From Tolypothrix carrinoi HA7290-LM1 (GTDB taxonomy: Bacteria > Cyanobacteriota > Cyanobacteriia > Cyanobacteriales > Nostocaceae), in assembly GCA_019358935.1 (NCBI GenBank), contig JAHHIK010000022.1, positions 1 through 64,000 of the forward strand: a DNA stretch of 64,000 bases, read 5' to 3'. The position numbers and the translations under genes are program-made. Positions 20,068 to 30,967 of this stretch are shown piece after piece; position 1 is the first letter of the stretch, and each line of letters opens with the position of its first letter. The notes under the pieces were generated by a model. It saw only the letters and a list, made by a program, of their open reading frames with translations, was not told the DNA's origin and ran no database searches.

Positions 20068-22389
20068 TTAATGTTCAACGGTGTTAGCAACCGTACCTAA
20101 AATGGAAACACGAGAAGATTTTAATTCTTCTAATGCTTGTTTCAAAGTAGGACGAAGTGCTTTACCTAATCCAGTAACTAACACAATTCCATCTACTTGC
20201 GAAAGCAAAACATTGGTATCGAGACGACCTAAAAGATGTGGTGTATCGTACACAACTAAGTCGTAACTTGTTTGCGATCTATCGATAAAAGTCTGCATTG
20301 TTAATGAAGACAAAAGCTTTGTTGGGTTAACAGGTATTCTCCCAGCAGTCAAGATAAACAAATTATCGTCTGAAGGTGATTGCTGAATTACTTTGCTGAT
20401 ATCTATACCGTCAGAAAGTACTTCACTCAATCCTTGATTGTTTAATAAACCGAATCTCAGATGTATTTGCGGATGGCGTAAATCTCCATCTACTAATAAT
20501 ACTCGCGCTCCGGCTTCTGCCGCCATCTGTGCTAAATATGCCGCCACTGTGGTTTTACCTTCAGAAGATGTTGCGGAAGTGATAGCAATTGAGCGAATAG
20601 AAGCCTCCATTTTATAAGATTGAACTTTCGTATAAAATGAGCAAAATGCTTCTATAAACTGAGCCGATCTGTATTGTACAGATTTAGCATAATTATCTAG
20701 TTCGCGTTCCGGATTATGTTTTTTAGTTAACTGAACTACATCACCTGCACGCGCCAATTTTTTCAGATCTTTATGGAAAGGAATTACCCCCAACAAAGGC
20801 AATTGAGTTGTTTGTTTTATCTCGTCACCATCGTGATAGACATTTTCTAAATTATCGAGAACAAAAGCAACTAAAATGCCTAAAAGGATACCTGCAACTC
20901 CTCCTAAAAGTATGTTACTTGCACCGCTTGGTGAAACGGGCATTAATTGACCGGTTTTGTTACGCGGTAATGTGGGAGGCATAATTAGTTCCCAAGGAAC
21001 TTCTTGTTGTGCAGCATCTACGCGCAATGCTTCTTGGCGATTTAAAAGCTGATTCAGTGTATCAGTAGCTGCTTGCAATTCTCGTTGCATATTAGCGTAC
21101 TGACGTGAAAGTACTGGATATTCAAGAATTTGTTGATTTAATTTAACTTGAGCCGCATTTGTAGCTGATAAACTGGCTTCGAGTGATTTAACTTGGTTAG
21201 TATTATTAGCTAGTTGTTGGATAAGTTCGCGGCGAACAGAATTTTGAAAACCGCCTACTTGCGATGAATTTAATTCGACATCGGGTGCGTTATTTCCTAA
21301 TGTTAATTGTGCTTCTTTATTCAATAAAGGTAATAGTTTTTCTCGTTGTTCGCGCAAAAGCCTGATTGTCGGACTTTCATCTTTAAAACGAACTGATTCT
21401 GTAGCAATCTTGGCTTCTATATCGCGGATGCGATTGAGTATCTGTTGATATTGAGGTGATTCACTCAAAGCTGAGGCAGCGATCGCTTCATTTTGTGGCA
21501 TTCCCAACTGACCTTGCAAAGAAAGATACAGTGATTTTGCCTCAGCCAATTTTTTCTCAGTTTCTAACTTCGTCGCTTGCAGTTCATCACGTCTTTTTAA
21601 CAGTTGTTCCCCTTGTAATTGCGGGTTAAACAAGTCATGTTGCTGCTGAAAAAATTGTAGTTGACCTTGCAGCGCATTTACCCGATACCGCAATTTTGGC
21701 AATTGTTCATCAACAAATTTGATTCCCTGACGTAAATTCGTCTGCTGTTGTTCTTGACTATACTTTCGATAAGCTTGCGATATCCGATCCAAGACAATCT
21801 GAACTTTTTGCGGATCGGAATCACGATAGCGAACCTCGATGATTCGAGATTCATCTTTACCTTTTGCCATCCGGTTAACATACAGTGTACCTTCTCGCCC
21901 GCTAGCTAGCTTACCAGATACATCATTGCCAACCAAGCGATCGTAGCTAATTTCTGGATATTGTTTTTGCAGTTCTTGAATTACCGGATTTATCAGCTTC
22001 GGACTTTTCAAAACCTCCATTAAAGCCTGATAATCCAACGCAGTAGTATTTTGTCTGCTGATTTCGTTGACATTTTGCTGCAACGTTTGCGAAAGCAAAA
22101 TCAGTAACTCATTATCAGAAGTTTTTAACGGTTCAACTAATAGTTGAAACTTCCCTTCATACTTGGGAATACGAGTTGCACTCCAGCCAATTGTTCCTGT
22201 TGTAACGATAACTGCCACACTAGCAATTACAGCTACCCTGCGGCGTAAAACTGTAACAATTTGACTCAAACCTTGATTGTTTTCATTGCCTTCAGGTTTT
22301 TTCCAAAACCCATAAGATTCTCTTGACGATGAATTGGAATTTTTCAGTTCCTGCAAATCTTCTTCCTTAATTGGCATCTGCGTTCCCAT
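20068..22389 (-). CDS. Wzc/GumC polysaccharide co-polymerase with tyrosine-kinase domain
   Basis: Two TM helices flanking coiled coil; TSATSSEGKTT Walker A, VDGDLRHP, VYDTP. Confidence 0.93.
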   Translation of the reverse strand: MGTQMPIKEEDLQELKNSNSSSRESYGFWKKPEGNENNQGLSQIVTVLRRRVAVIASVAVIVTTGTIGWSATRIPKYEGKFQLLVEPLKTSDNELLILLSQTLQQNVNEISRQNTTALDYQALMEVLKSPKLINPVIQELQKQYPEISYDRLVGNDVSGKLASGREGTLYVNRMAKGKDESRIIEVRYRDSDPQKVQIVLDRISQAYRKYSQEQQQTNLRQGIKFVDEQLPKLRYRVNALQGQLQFFQQQHDLFNPQLQGEQLLKRRDELQATKLETEKKLAEAKSLYLSLQGQLGMPQNEAIAASALSESPQYQQILNRIRDIEAKIATESVRFKDESPTIRLLREQREKLLPLLNKEAQLTLGNNAPDVELNSSQVGGFQNSVRRELIQQLANNTNQVKSLEASLSATNAAQVKLNQQILEYPVLSRQYANMQRELQAATDTLNQLLNRQEALRVDAAQQEVPWELIMPPTLPRNKTGQLMPVSPSGASNILLGGVAGILLGILVAFVLDNLENVYHDGDEIKQTTQLPLLGVIPFHKDLKKLARAGDVVQLTKKHNPERELDNYAKSVQYRSAQFIEAFCSFYTKVQSYKMEASIRSIAITSATSSEGKTTVAAYLAQMAAEAGARVLLVDGDLRHPQIHLRFGLLNNQGLSEVLSDGIDISKVIQQSPSDDNLFILTAGRIPVNPTKLLSSLTMQTFIDRSQTSYDLVVYDTPHLLGRLDTNVLLSQVDGIVLVTGLGKALRPTLKQALEELKSSRVSILGTVANTVEH

Positions 22390-23062
22390 GCAAAACTGTT
22401 GAGGATATCAATTTGATAATTCTCTTTCGGAAAACTTAATTTTTTTTCCAACCGAGGTAGACAGATAATTTGGATAGCTACCAATAGCTAATGTTGCGAT
22501 TGCCAAAACCTAGATTGGATTGTTGAGAAAAAGAGCGAACAGTCAACGTAAAGTTATATTGTAGACTTTATATCTTGGATTAATTATGTCTCAATAAATC
22601 GATTTTGGAGAATGAGAGACATGATACTTACCAAAATTTTTCCAAGTCTAGATATCCTCAACATATCCTGTTAACAGAATAATGCACTGCGCTTAGTCAA
22701 AATTTCATCAAAAAATATTCTTGATGAAGATTAAGTAAAGTTAATCCTAAAATTCTTTATTCCAAGTTAAATTTGGGGACAGAGCCGCGTCAAATCTTAA
22801 CCAGGATAGTATTTTCTCAGTTCTACCGCTCTTCAAATCGCCAATGCTAGTAATTACAGGTTAATGCATTGATTTAGAGCTGACTAGAAATTTGTACAGA
22901 TGGTATTCCGGATTAGCTATTGATAACATCTGCGTGCTGACTTGTTAATTAAATAACTTTATCGGCAATTTTGGCTTGGCTACTCATGCTATTAAAAGGG
23001 ACTTTTTTCGTCTCAGTAATTTCCTTTTAATAGCAGTACTAAAGTGGAAAAATCGAGTTGTG

Positions 23063-24361
23063 ATGCTTAGATTTACAAGGCTAGTTGAAAAGGCATTTGT
23101 TGTATTTTCTCTTTTTCTTTCAACAGCTGCCTTGATACCAGTGCTATTAGAAAGTCCAGATGGTAGTATTCCCCAAGACCCTTATAGTCCCTTACTTTTC
23201 ATGGGGATTTATATGGTGACTTTGCTTTTGCTTGCGACACTACGGAAGAGTTTTCTACTAATTGCACAAAAGGACTTTTTAATTTGGGTACTGGTAGGAA
23301 TTGCATTAGCATCAGCAATTTGGACTGTAGCACCAGATATTACCCTACGCCGCAGTTTATTGTTGTTAGGAACAACTCTATTTGGAATATACTTAGCTAT
23401 GCGCTACAGCTTGCGAGAGCAACTACAGTTATTAAGTTGGGCGCTAGGTTTGGTAATTTTACTTAGTATTGTGTTTGCCATAGGATTGCCATCTTACGGT
23501 TTAATGAGCATTCAAGAGGGAGGCGTTCACGCAGGTGCTTGGCGGGGTATAATGTCGCACAAAAACCTCTTGGGACGGTTGATGGTTTTGAGCAGTATGG
23601 TGTTTTTATTTGTAGCAAATTCTGATTCAATTGCTAACAGTAAATACCGCTGGTTGCCGTGGATTGGCTATGTTCTTTCCATTGTTTTAATAGTTCGTTC
23701 AACATCCAAAACAGCTTTAGTTGTGTTTGTAGTGTTGATGCTAATTATGCCGCTATATAGAACTTGGCGGCGTAATTTCAACCAACTAGTCCCGATAGCG
23801 ATCGCTCTCATTCTAGTAATCGGAAGTGCAACTATTTTGTTTGTCGAAAACTTACCCTTCATCACCAGTGCATTAGGGAGAGATTTGACATTAACAGGAC
23901 GCACCGAGTTATGGAGCGTAATGCTTGAACTCATTCAAGAACGACCTTTATTAGGTTACGGATTCAATGGCTTTTGGAGAGATTGGGATAGCGATGTCAC
24001 TGCCTATCTTTGGCGTACACTTCAATGGGAATGTCCCTACGGTCATAACGGCTTCATGGATTTATTAGCCGAATTAGGTATATCCGGATTAGCTGTATTT
24101 TTATTGAGTTTAACAACAGCTTATATCCAAGGAGTACGCTGGTTAAGAATTACCAAAAACGTAGAAGGACTGTGGACATTAATGTATCTAAGCTTTTTGG
24201 TAATTTATAACATCAGCGAAAGTACCCTTTTAGCTACTAACAGCATCTTTTGGATTCTATATGTGTCCACAATTTTTTCAATGGCTATAGAGTCAGAACA
24301 AGCTCAAATTTACAGCTATGCGGCAGTAATGGCACAAGAAAAAGAGCCAAACTTTAGATAA
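23063..24361 (+). CDS. O-antigen ligase / Wzy-like polymerase (ExoQ-like)
   Basis: WRGIMSHKNLLG, STSKT, GRDLTLTGRTELW, RPLLGYG, HNGFMD. Confidence 0.9.
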   Translation: MLRFTRLVEKAFVVFSLFLSTAALIPVLLESPDGSIPQDPYSPLLFMGIYMVTLLLLATLRKSFLLIAQKDFLIWVLVGIALASAIWTVAPDITLRRSLLLLGTTLFGIYLAMRYSLREQLQLLSWALGLVILLSIVFAIGLPSYGLMSIQEGGVHAGAWRGIMSHKNLLGRLMVLSSMVFLFVANSDSIANSKYRWLPWIGYVLSIVLIVRSTSKTALVVFVVLMLIMPLYRTWRRNFNQLVPIAIALILVIGSATILFVENLPFITSALGRDLTLTGRTELWSVMLELIQERPLLGYGFNGFWRDWDSDVTAYLWRTLQWECPYGHNGFMDLLAELGISGLAVFLLSLTTAYIQGVRWLRITKNVEGLWTLMYLSFLVIYNISESTLLATNSIFWILYVSTIFSMAIESEQAQIYSYAAVMAQEKEPNFR

Positions 24362-24370
24362 GGAGAAAGA

Positions 24371-25300
24371 ATGCTAATTTCAGTATGCGTAGCAAGTTAT
24401 AAACGTCCTGAAGGATTAAACCGCTTGCTAACTGGTTTAAATCAGCTCACTTTTAATAAGTGTGAAACACCAGAAATAGAAGTAATTATTGTTGATAACG
24501 ATGTCACTGGTTCAGCGAGTAAAGTTTGCACAAGTCAACTGCTTAAATTCAAATGGAAAATGAAATATTCCATTGAACGACAGCGGGGTATTTCCTATGC
24601 GAGAAATAAAGCGATCGCCTGCGTTAACAAAAATGCAAACTTCATCGCTTTCATAGATGATGACGAAGTTCCCCACCCATCTTGGCTAGATGAACTTTTA
24701 TTCGTTCAGCAAACACATAATGCAGACGTAGTAACCGGACCCGCATTACCGCACTTTATCAAATCAGACGTACCTAACTGGATTATCCAAGGAAAATTTT
24801 TTGACCCACAACGTTATCCCACAGGACATCAACTTAAAGTTGCATTTACCAACAACGTCCTAATTCGCTCCTCAATTTTGCACAACATAGATAAAATTTT
24901 CGACGAGCGTTTTGCACTCAGCGGCGGCGAAGATTCCCACTTTTTCATGCGCCTTCACCGCGCAGGATATAAACTAATATGGGCAGACCAAGCCTTAGTT
25001 TACGAGTGGATACCCGAAAGCCGTACCAACATCAAATGGATACTCCAACGCGGTTATTTAGGTTGGAGCAGACACAGCTTTTGCGAACGCGAACTTTACC
25101 CTTCAATAATCCTACTCGCCATCCGCATCACCAAAGGAATCGCATTAATAGCTCAAGGATTATGCTTCATCCTTCCCTCCCTTTTCTTCGGACAGCATCA
25201 ATTTATTAAAGCATTATTACGTATTTACAAAGGCGTAGGAACCCTAGCAGGTATCGCCGGAATGCGCTACCAAGCCTACAAAATAACTCAAGGAATATAA
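24371..25300 (+). CDS. GT2 glycosyltransferase (ExoM-like)
   Basis: ISVCVASYKRP, IVDND, FIDDDE, SGGEDSHFF. Confidence 0.9.
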   Translation: MLISVCVASYKRPEGLNRLLTGLNQLTFNKCETPEIEVIIVDNDVTGSASKVCTSQLLKFKWKMKYSIERQRGISYARNKAIACVNKNANFIAFIDDDEVPHPSWLDELLFVQQTHNADVVTGPALPHFIKSDVPNWIIQGKFFDPQRYPTGHQLKVAFTNNVLIRSSILHNIDKIFDERFALSGGEDSHFFMRLHRAGYKLIWADQALVYEWIPESRTNIKWILQRGYLGWSRHSFCERELYPSIILLAIRITKGIALIAQGLCFILPSLFFGQHQFIKALLRIYKGVGTLAGIAGMRYQAYKITQGI

Positions 25301-25456
25301 CCGAATCTAACCCTTCAAAATAGATTCTCTCCCCCTCTTCCTCTGCGCCCTCTGCGCCTCTGCGGTTCGTTAAACAGGTGCATCCACGTAGTAAGCGTTT
25401 CAACGCTTATTTAAGCACTCTTCGTGCTTACTACCTAAAAACTCCAAACTTACCTA

Positions 25457-26599
25457 ATGAAAATATTATACTTAACAACCGTCCTTCCTAGTAAAAAAAC
25501 AACAGGCGGTGAAATTGCATCACAATCATTTATTGACGCTCTTCAACATAACGGACATGAAGTCTTAATCCTAGGATATCAACGCCCAAGCAGTATTTTC
25601 CAACCAAAACACAATGAAATACCCATCGCCCAAAGACACATAGAAACCGACAAATCCCGACTTTATCCTATGCTTTGGATGAGCTTAGGACTATTAAAAA
25701 ATCTTCCCTACTCCTCAGCCAAATATTATTCTCAAAAATACATCAATCAACTCAAAATTTTAAAACAAGAAAAATTTGACATTTTCATAATAGATCATGC
25801 CCAAATCGGCTGGTTAGCACCTTTCATTAACAATAAAGCAAAAATTATATTTATCGCTCATAACATTGAACATGAAATATATCTAGCGCAATTAAAAAAC
25901 TCTCAAAGCCAGATATCACAACATATATATCAGCGAGAAACTGACCTCATCAAAGATATGGAAGATAATTTGGCGAAAACAGCTACACAAGTTTGGACAT
26001 TTACAGAATATGATGCTAGCTACTTTCTAGACATCAATAAAACAACGAAAATTTTTCATCTACCTTCTAGCTTTAAAATATCACCACATCAACCTACAAT
26101 CAAAAAGTTTGATATAGGTATTATCGGTTCTTGGACATGGAAAGCTAATAAATTAGGACTTAATTGGTTTTTAGAAAAAGTTTATCCGCACCTACCCACA
26201 AATCTATCAATTCATATTGCTGGATTAGGTGCCGAATGGTTGCGCGGACAGTATCCTAATATCAATTATTGCGGTTTTGTCCCCAGTGTCCAAACATTTA
26301 TGGCACAGGCAAAAGTATTAGCAATTCCCTCTATTAGTGGGGGTGGGGTACAGATAAAAACTGTGGATGCGATCGCTTCCGGTTCTCCTTTAGTAGCAAC
26401 ACCTACTGCATTACGTGGCATATCTGAATATCCCTCTTCAGTTATAGTTGCCGAAAAACCAGAAGAATTCGCTCTTTATTTGGTTCAATTATTAACTTTA
26501 AACACAATACCAGATATTTGTGCCGAGGCGATCGCCTGGTCAGAAAACCGCCACTCACAATTTTTTGCGGATATTACTTATGCCCTCAATAATCTTTAA
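25457..26599 (+). CDS. GT4 glycosyltransferase
   Basis: AHNIEHE, PSISGGGVQIKTVDAIASGSPLVAT. Confidence 0.85.
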   Translation: MKILYLTTVLPSKKTTGGEIASQSFIDALQHNGHEVLILGYQRPSSIFQPKHNEIPIAQRHIETDKSRLYPMLWMSLGLLKNLPYSSAKYYSQKYINQLKILKQEKFDIFIIDHAQIGWLAPFINNKAKIIFIAHNIEHEIYLAQLKNSQSQISQHIYQRETDLIKDMEDNLAKTATQVWTFTEYDASYFLDINKTTKIFHLPSSFKISPHQPTIKKFDIGIIGSWTWKANKLGLNWFLEKVYPHLPTNLSIHIAGLGAEWLRGQYPNINYCGFVPSVQTFMAQAKVLAIPSISGGGVQIKTVDAIASGSPLVATPTALRGISEYPSSVIVAEKPEEFALYLVQLLTLNTIPDICAEAIAWSENRHSQFFADITYALNNL

Positions 26600-26617
26600 T
26601 ACATTACCAATATATCA

Positions 26618-27805
26618 ATGCAACGACTCAAATCAATACTACAGAGAAGCTTCACAGCAAAAATTGCCATTGGCTTCATCTTAGTTTTACTGTCTACAAA
26701 TCTCTACCTTTTTTCGCCACAGTTCCCCAGCAGCACAGAAGCCGCAGCTACTAATATTATCTTGCCTTTATCCACTCGCGGTTCTCAGATTGTTGATGCT
26801 AAAGGTAAAATTGTCATGCTGCGCGGCATCAACTGGTTTGGTATAGAAATTAACACACATGCACCTCATGGTCTTTGGAGCAGAGACTATAAAGACATGC
26901 TCGCTCAAATTAAAAGTTTGGGCTACAACTTCATCCGCTTACCTTATTCCGTAGAAGCACTGCGTTCTCAAAACATCAGCGGTATCAACTTTTCTATCGA
27001 TGCAAATAAAGATTTGCAAGGCAAAACCCCCCTTCAAGTCATGGATTTAGTAATTCAAGAAGCTCAACGCCAAGGGTTGCTGATTCTGTTAGACAGTCAC
27101 TGTCTGAAAGATGACCGAATTTCCGAATTATGGTATGGAGACGGATTCACTGAGAAAGACTGGATTGACACTTGGAAGATGCTGGCAAATCGTTACAAAA
27201 AATACACCAACATCATCGGAGCAGATTTGAAAAACGAACCCCACGGTAGTGCTAGTTGGGGAACTGACAACCAAGCTACAGACTGGCGATTAGCTGCACA
27301 GCGGGCAGGAAATCAAATTCTCAGCATAAACCCAAATTGGCTAATTCTCGTTGAAGGAATAGAGAAAAATGTGCCCGGTCAAAAACAGTCAAATTACTTT
27401 TGGGGTGCAAATCTCGAAGGTGTCCGCAAATATCCAGTGCGTCTGAAAGTAGCCAAAAAGCTAGTATATTCTCCTCACGAATACGGTGGTTCTAATGTGT
27501 CCTGGTTTGCAAATCCCATATTCCCCGCAAATCTTTATCAACGCTGGGAAACTGGATTTAATTATATTGCCACTCAGCGTATCGCCCCAATTTTAATTGG
27601 TGAATTTGGCGGATATTTTGTAGATAACAAATCAAAAGAAGGAATTTGGCAACGCTTTCTTGTCGATTACATTGCTAAGAAAAAGTTGAGTTTTGCTTAT
27701 TGGTGTTGGAATCCCAATAGTAAAGGTACTGGCGGCATTCTCCTAGATGACTGGCAAAATATAAACGCTCCCAAACAAAAGCTTTTAAATAAATTATTGA
27801 AATAA
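26618..27805 (+). CDS. GH5 endoglucanase (cellulase family), N-terminal membrane anchor or signal
   Basis: GINWFG, RLPYS, DLKNEPH, YSPHEY, LIGEFGG, YWCWNPNS. Confidence 0.93.
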   Translation: MQRLKSILQRSFTAKIAIGFILVLLSTNLYLFSPQFPSSTEAAATNIILPLSTRGSQIVDAKGKIVMLRGINWFGIEINTHAPHGLWSRDYKDMLAQIKSLGYNFIRLPYSVEALRSQNISGINFSIDANKDLQGKTPLQVMDLVIQEAQRQGLLILLDSHCLKDDRISELWYGDGFTEKDWIDTWKMLANRYKKYTNIIGADLKNEPHGSASWGTDNQATDWRLAAQRAGNQILSINPNWLILVEGIEKNVPGQKQSNYFWGANLEGVRKYPVRLKVAKKLVYSPHEYGGSNVSWFANPIFPANLYQRWETGFNYIATQRIAPILIGEFGGYFVDNKSKEGIWQRFLVDYIAKKKLSFAYWCWNPNSKGTGGILLDDWQNINAPKQKLLNKLLK

Positions 27806-27876
27806 ACTTCTCCCAAACCCTTGATTTTACACTCTTCCTTTGCGTCTCCGCGCCTTTGCGTGAGGTAAATTTTAAC

Positions 27877-28995
27877 ATGTCAAAAAATACCAAACCCCGA
27901 ATTTTAATTGTCTCGATGAGAAACTTGCATTCTCAAGCTTTTCGCTCTGCCGAGTATGAATTTGAAGATGTAATTTGTACTTTTGATTATGCTGATATGC
28001 TGACACCTGAGTTCGCTTCTGGTTTCTCTCCGCAAATAAATAAAAAGTTAGCAAATTACGCGGCATTAACTGTAGGTAACGGCAAGCTTCTCAAATCAGG
28101 TTGTCGGACATCAACTGTAGATAAAGAATATGATTTATTATTTTTTATCTGCCAGCACTTTTGGGATATTACCTGTATAAATTCAATAAAACAATGGCGA
28201 GAAAAGAGTCATAAAGCTGTTTTATGGATAGATGAAATATGGGCTAAAGAAGTTTTGGAACATAAGACTAAGCTTTGTCTGGAACTTGTCAAAGATTTTG
28301 ATTATATTTTCACGACTCAAGCCAAGAGTGTTGATGCGATCGCTAATCTACTTCAGCGTCCTTGTTACTCTCTACCTTATGCCGTCGATGCTATCAAATT
28401 TTGCCCCTATCCGCATCAACCTCAAAGAAATATTGATGTCTATAGCATCGGTCGTCGTTCACCAATAGTACACAAAGCTTTAATAGAACTAGCAGAAGAC
28501 AATTTTTTATATTTATATGACACTCTCAAAGGTCTGCAAATGATTAACTATAAAGAACATCGAACTTTATATATTAATCTAATTAAAAGAAGCCGTTATT
28601 TTATCGCTAATAAAGCCAAATTTGACAGCGTTAATCAAACAGATAATCAAGAAGAATTAGGTTCTCGCTTTTTTGAAGGAGCAGCAGGAGGAGCAGTAAT
28701 GATTGGAACACCTCCAATTTGTGAAGCTTATACCACATACTTGAATTGGCAAGATGCAGTAATTGAAATACCCTACAATGCCGTTAATATAGCTGATATC
28801 ATAGCAGAACTTGACGCACAGCCCGAACGCATAAAGAGAATACGTCAAGACAATATTATTAACTCATTATTACGCCACGACTGGGTATATCGCTGGAGCC
28901 AAATCTTAGATAAAGTCGGACTCGAACAAACACCAGAAATGTTATCTAGACAAGCCGATTTAAATAATTTAGCCAAGTTAGTAATAAAAGCATAA
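27877..28995 (+). CDS. Glycosyltransferase (GT-B, YkvP/CgeB-like)
   Basis: RFFEGAAGGAVMIG and RHDWVYRW in the C-terminal region; EPS cluster context. Confidence 0.8.
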   Translation: MSKNTKPRILIVSMRNLHSQAFRSAEYEFEDVICTFDYADMLTPEFASGFSPQINKKLANYAALTVGNGKLLKSGCRTSTVDKEYDLLFFICQHFWDITCINSIKQWREKSHKAVLWIDEIWAKEVLEHKTKLCLELVKDFDYIFTTQAKSVDAIANLLQRPCYSLPYAVDAIKFCPYPHQPQRNIDVYSIGRRSPIVHKALIELAEDNFLYLYDTLKGLQMINYKEHRTLYINLIKRSRYFIANKAKFDSVNQTDNQEELGSRFFEGAAGGAVMIGTPPICEAYTTYLNWQDAVIEIPYNAVNIADIIAELDAQPERIKRIRQDNIINSLLRHDWVYRWSQILDKVGLEQTPEMLSRQADLNNLAKLVIKA

Positions 28996-29034
28996 ACGAG
29001 CAAAAACAACTACTTTATGTGAAAATTGTCTTAT

Positions 29035-29063
29035 AATCCCGGTTTCTTCAAGAAACCGGGATT
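29035..29063. terminator. Palindromic hairpin between convergent genes
   Basis: AATCCCGGTTTCTT-C-AAGAAACCGGGATT. Confidence 0.6.
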
Positions 29064-29143
29064 CTCGTTTTTCATGATTTAGGACTGCTATAACCTCACC
29101 CTTCCAGGGTATAGGTGCTATATATAAAATCTACCTCCACTAA

Positions 29144-29932
29144 TTACAATCTGTCAACAATTTCCCAAATTATGCTATCATCCTTACGGTCTTTTTTCCG
29201 AAAAAACTTGAATTTTTGTTTCAAAAGTAGTAGAAAGAAAACAACATCATCTACTAAATATCTTTTCCACAATCTTTTAGGTTCACATAATAATCTAAAC
29301 AACCATTCTAATCCTACTTCACTCATCCATTTAGGCGCTCTTTTCACATTGTCTGCTTCAAAATCGATAGTTGCCCCTAATGCCATAAATATTTTGATAA
29401 ATGGCAAACTATCTTTGTACTTGTATATCCACTTTTCTTGTTTTGGAGCACCGACTCCTACCACCAGAACTGTAGCACGCGAATTATTAATCATGTCAAT
29501 TATGTTTTGACATTCCTCTACGTCATGTTCAAACCCAAAAGGCGGAGAATATGTAGCAATAACCATATTTCTGCCGATTTTTTGATTTATCTTATTTTGT
29601 GCGGTAAAAGCTACTCCTTTACCTGCTCCTAAAAGAAAAATCTTTATTTCTTCATTTTTCTTATGGTAATTGTAGAACGCAGGAAATAAGTCTGAGCCGG
29701 AGATTTTTTCTTTGATTGGTGTTCCGAGAAATATTGAAGCATAAATCAGGATTTTACTGTCACAAAGGTTATAATCACTAATGCTGTATGCTTGCAAAAA
29801 TTCCGGGTCTTTTTCGAGTTTGATGAGATGATCGACATTGGGCGTAAATACTACCCCCGATTGTAAGTTTTCTAAAAACTCTCTCTTTGACAAATTGTCA
29901 AATTCCAAGTTCAGAATTTTAACTTTCTTCAT
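29144..29932 (-). CDS. WecB/TagA/CpsF glycosyltransferase
   Basis: TPNVDH, ISGSDL, GVGAPKQEKW, RAPKWM, GLEWLFRL, EPKRLWKRY; ATG at 29932. Confidence 0.93.
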   Translation of the reverse strand: MKKVKILNLEFDNLSKREFLENLQSGVVFTPNVDHLIKLEKDPEFLQAYSISDYNLCDSKILIYASIFLGTPIKEKISGSDLFPAFYNYHKKNEEIKIFLLGAGKGVAFTAQNKINQKIGRNMVIATYSPPFGFEHDVEECQNIIDMINNSRATVLVVGVGAPKQEKWIYKYKDSLPFIKIFMALGATIDFEADNVKRAPKWMSEVGLEWLFRLLCEPKRLWKRYLVDDVVFFLLLLKQKFKFFRKKDRKDDSIIWEIVDRL

Positions 29933-30967
29933 GGTAGCGCCCAGTACGTGATAACTAAGTTTCAACTTGTTTACAAAAAAAACAATATACAGTGAAGCGT
30001 GAGGAGAAGTTTCAAGATTCAATATTGTTCTTTCAATGTTCAGGATTTTCTGGGTCTAGACATTTGTCATCAGATATGAATACAGTAAATTGGCAATACA
30101 TGAAAGCCATTTAGTAGCAGTTACATCAATTGTGGATAAACATTCCTGACGGGGCGATATCGCGCCAATCATGCTTTCTTTACATGGGGAAACAATCATG
30201 CAAAGTTGCCTGACCTCGAATCTGCTTTATCTACGCCCTTAATTATCACGAACAAAACTAGAACATTTAACCACACAATCTGTAATGTGAGAAACTAATT
30301 CAAAACCAAGTAAGTTGAGGAGCAATATAATTTTGGTTTTGATTTACCAAATTTTTGCCGGAGATAAAATTTAAGCTGACAGGAAATTTTATCACGACTT
30401 CAATTTGATAATAACTCATAGCTTAACATAAAAGATAAAAAGATAATAGTAGCTTCACCTATTTTTCATGAAAAAAATATGAAGTTCAGTCGGTATAAAG
30501 TCAAGAAAAGCCGGAAATTTCTGGAATTCATCTGTTTTTACTTGCAGAAGTTAGGCGATCGCTCCGGGTAAAAAATTTGTAAAGCAGAGTCCAGAGACTG
30601 GGATAGTCGATTAATGTAAAAACTACTGTAATGCAATTTTTGTTGGGGAGGCTGTGCAAAGCAAAAACAACTGCTGCATCAGCACTGTTGCACTTTCATG
30701 CGGAGGCATCACCATTCTCAACTGCCGTAGAGACTGGAGAGAGCGTGGAACGTCTCTACTCCCCATTTTCATAGGAATAAGTATAGTTAATTTTTGTCAA
30801 CCGTTAAATTCAGGATATATTACTTGATTTAATGGTGTCAAATATTAAGTACTTTCCACCCAATTAAGTATGTGTGAATTGATTTTTTGGTGTTAAATTT
30901 TGAATATTGCCAGAAGTTGACTCAAAACAACTAAACCCTTATCTACTTTGGCAATATTCTTAGAGGA

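Noticed and set aside
22907..22912. Heterocyst DIF1 promoter motif TCCGGA upstream of wzy
   Set aside because: A hexamer alone, with no convincing matching -10 element at the expected spacing.
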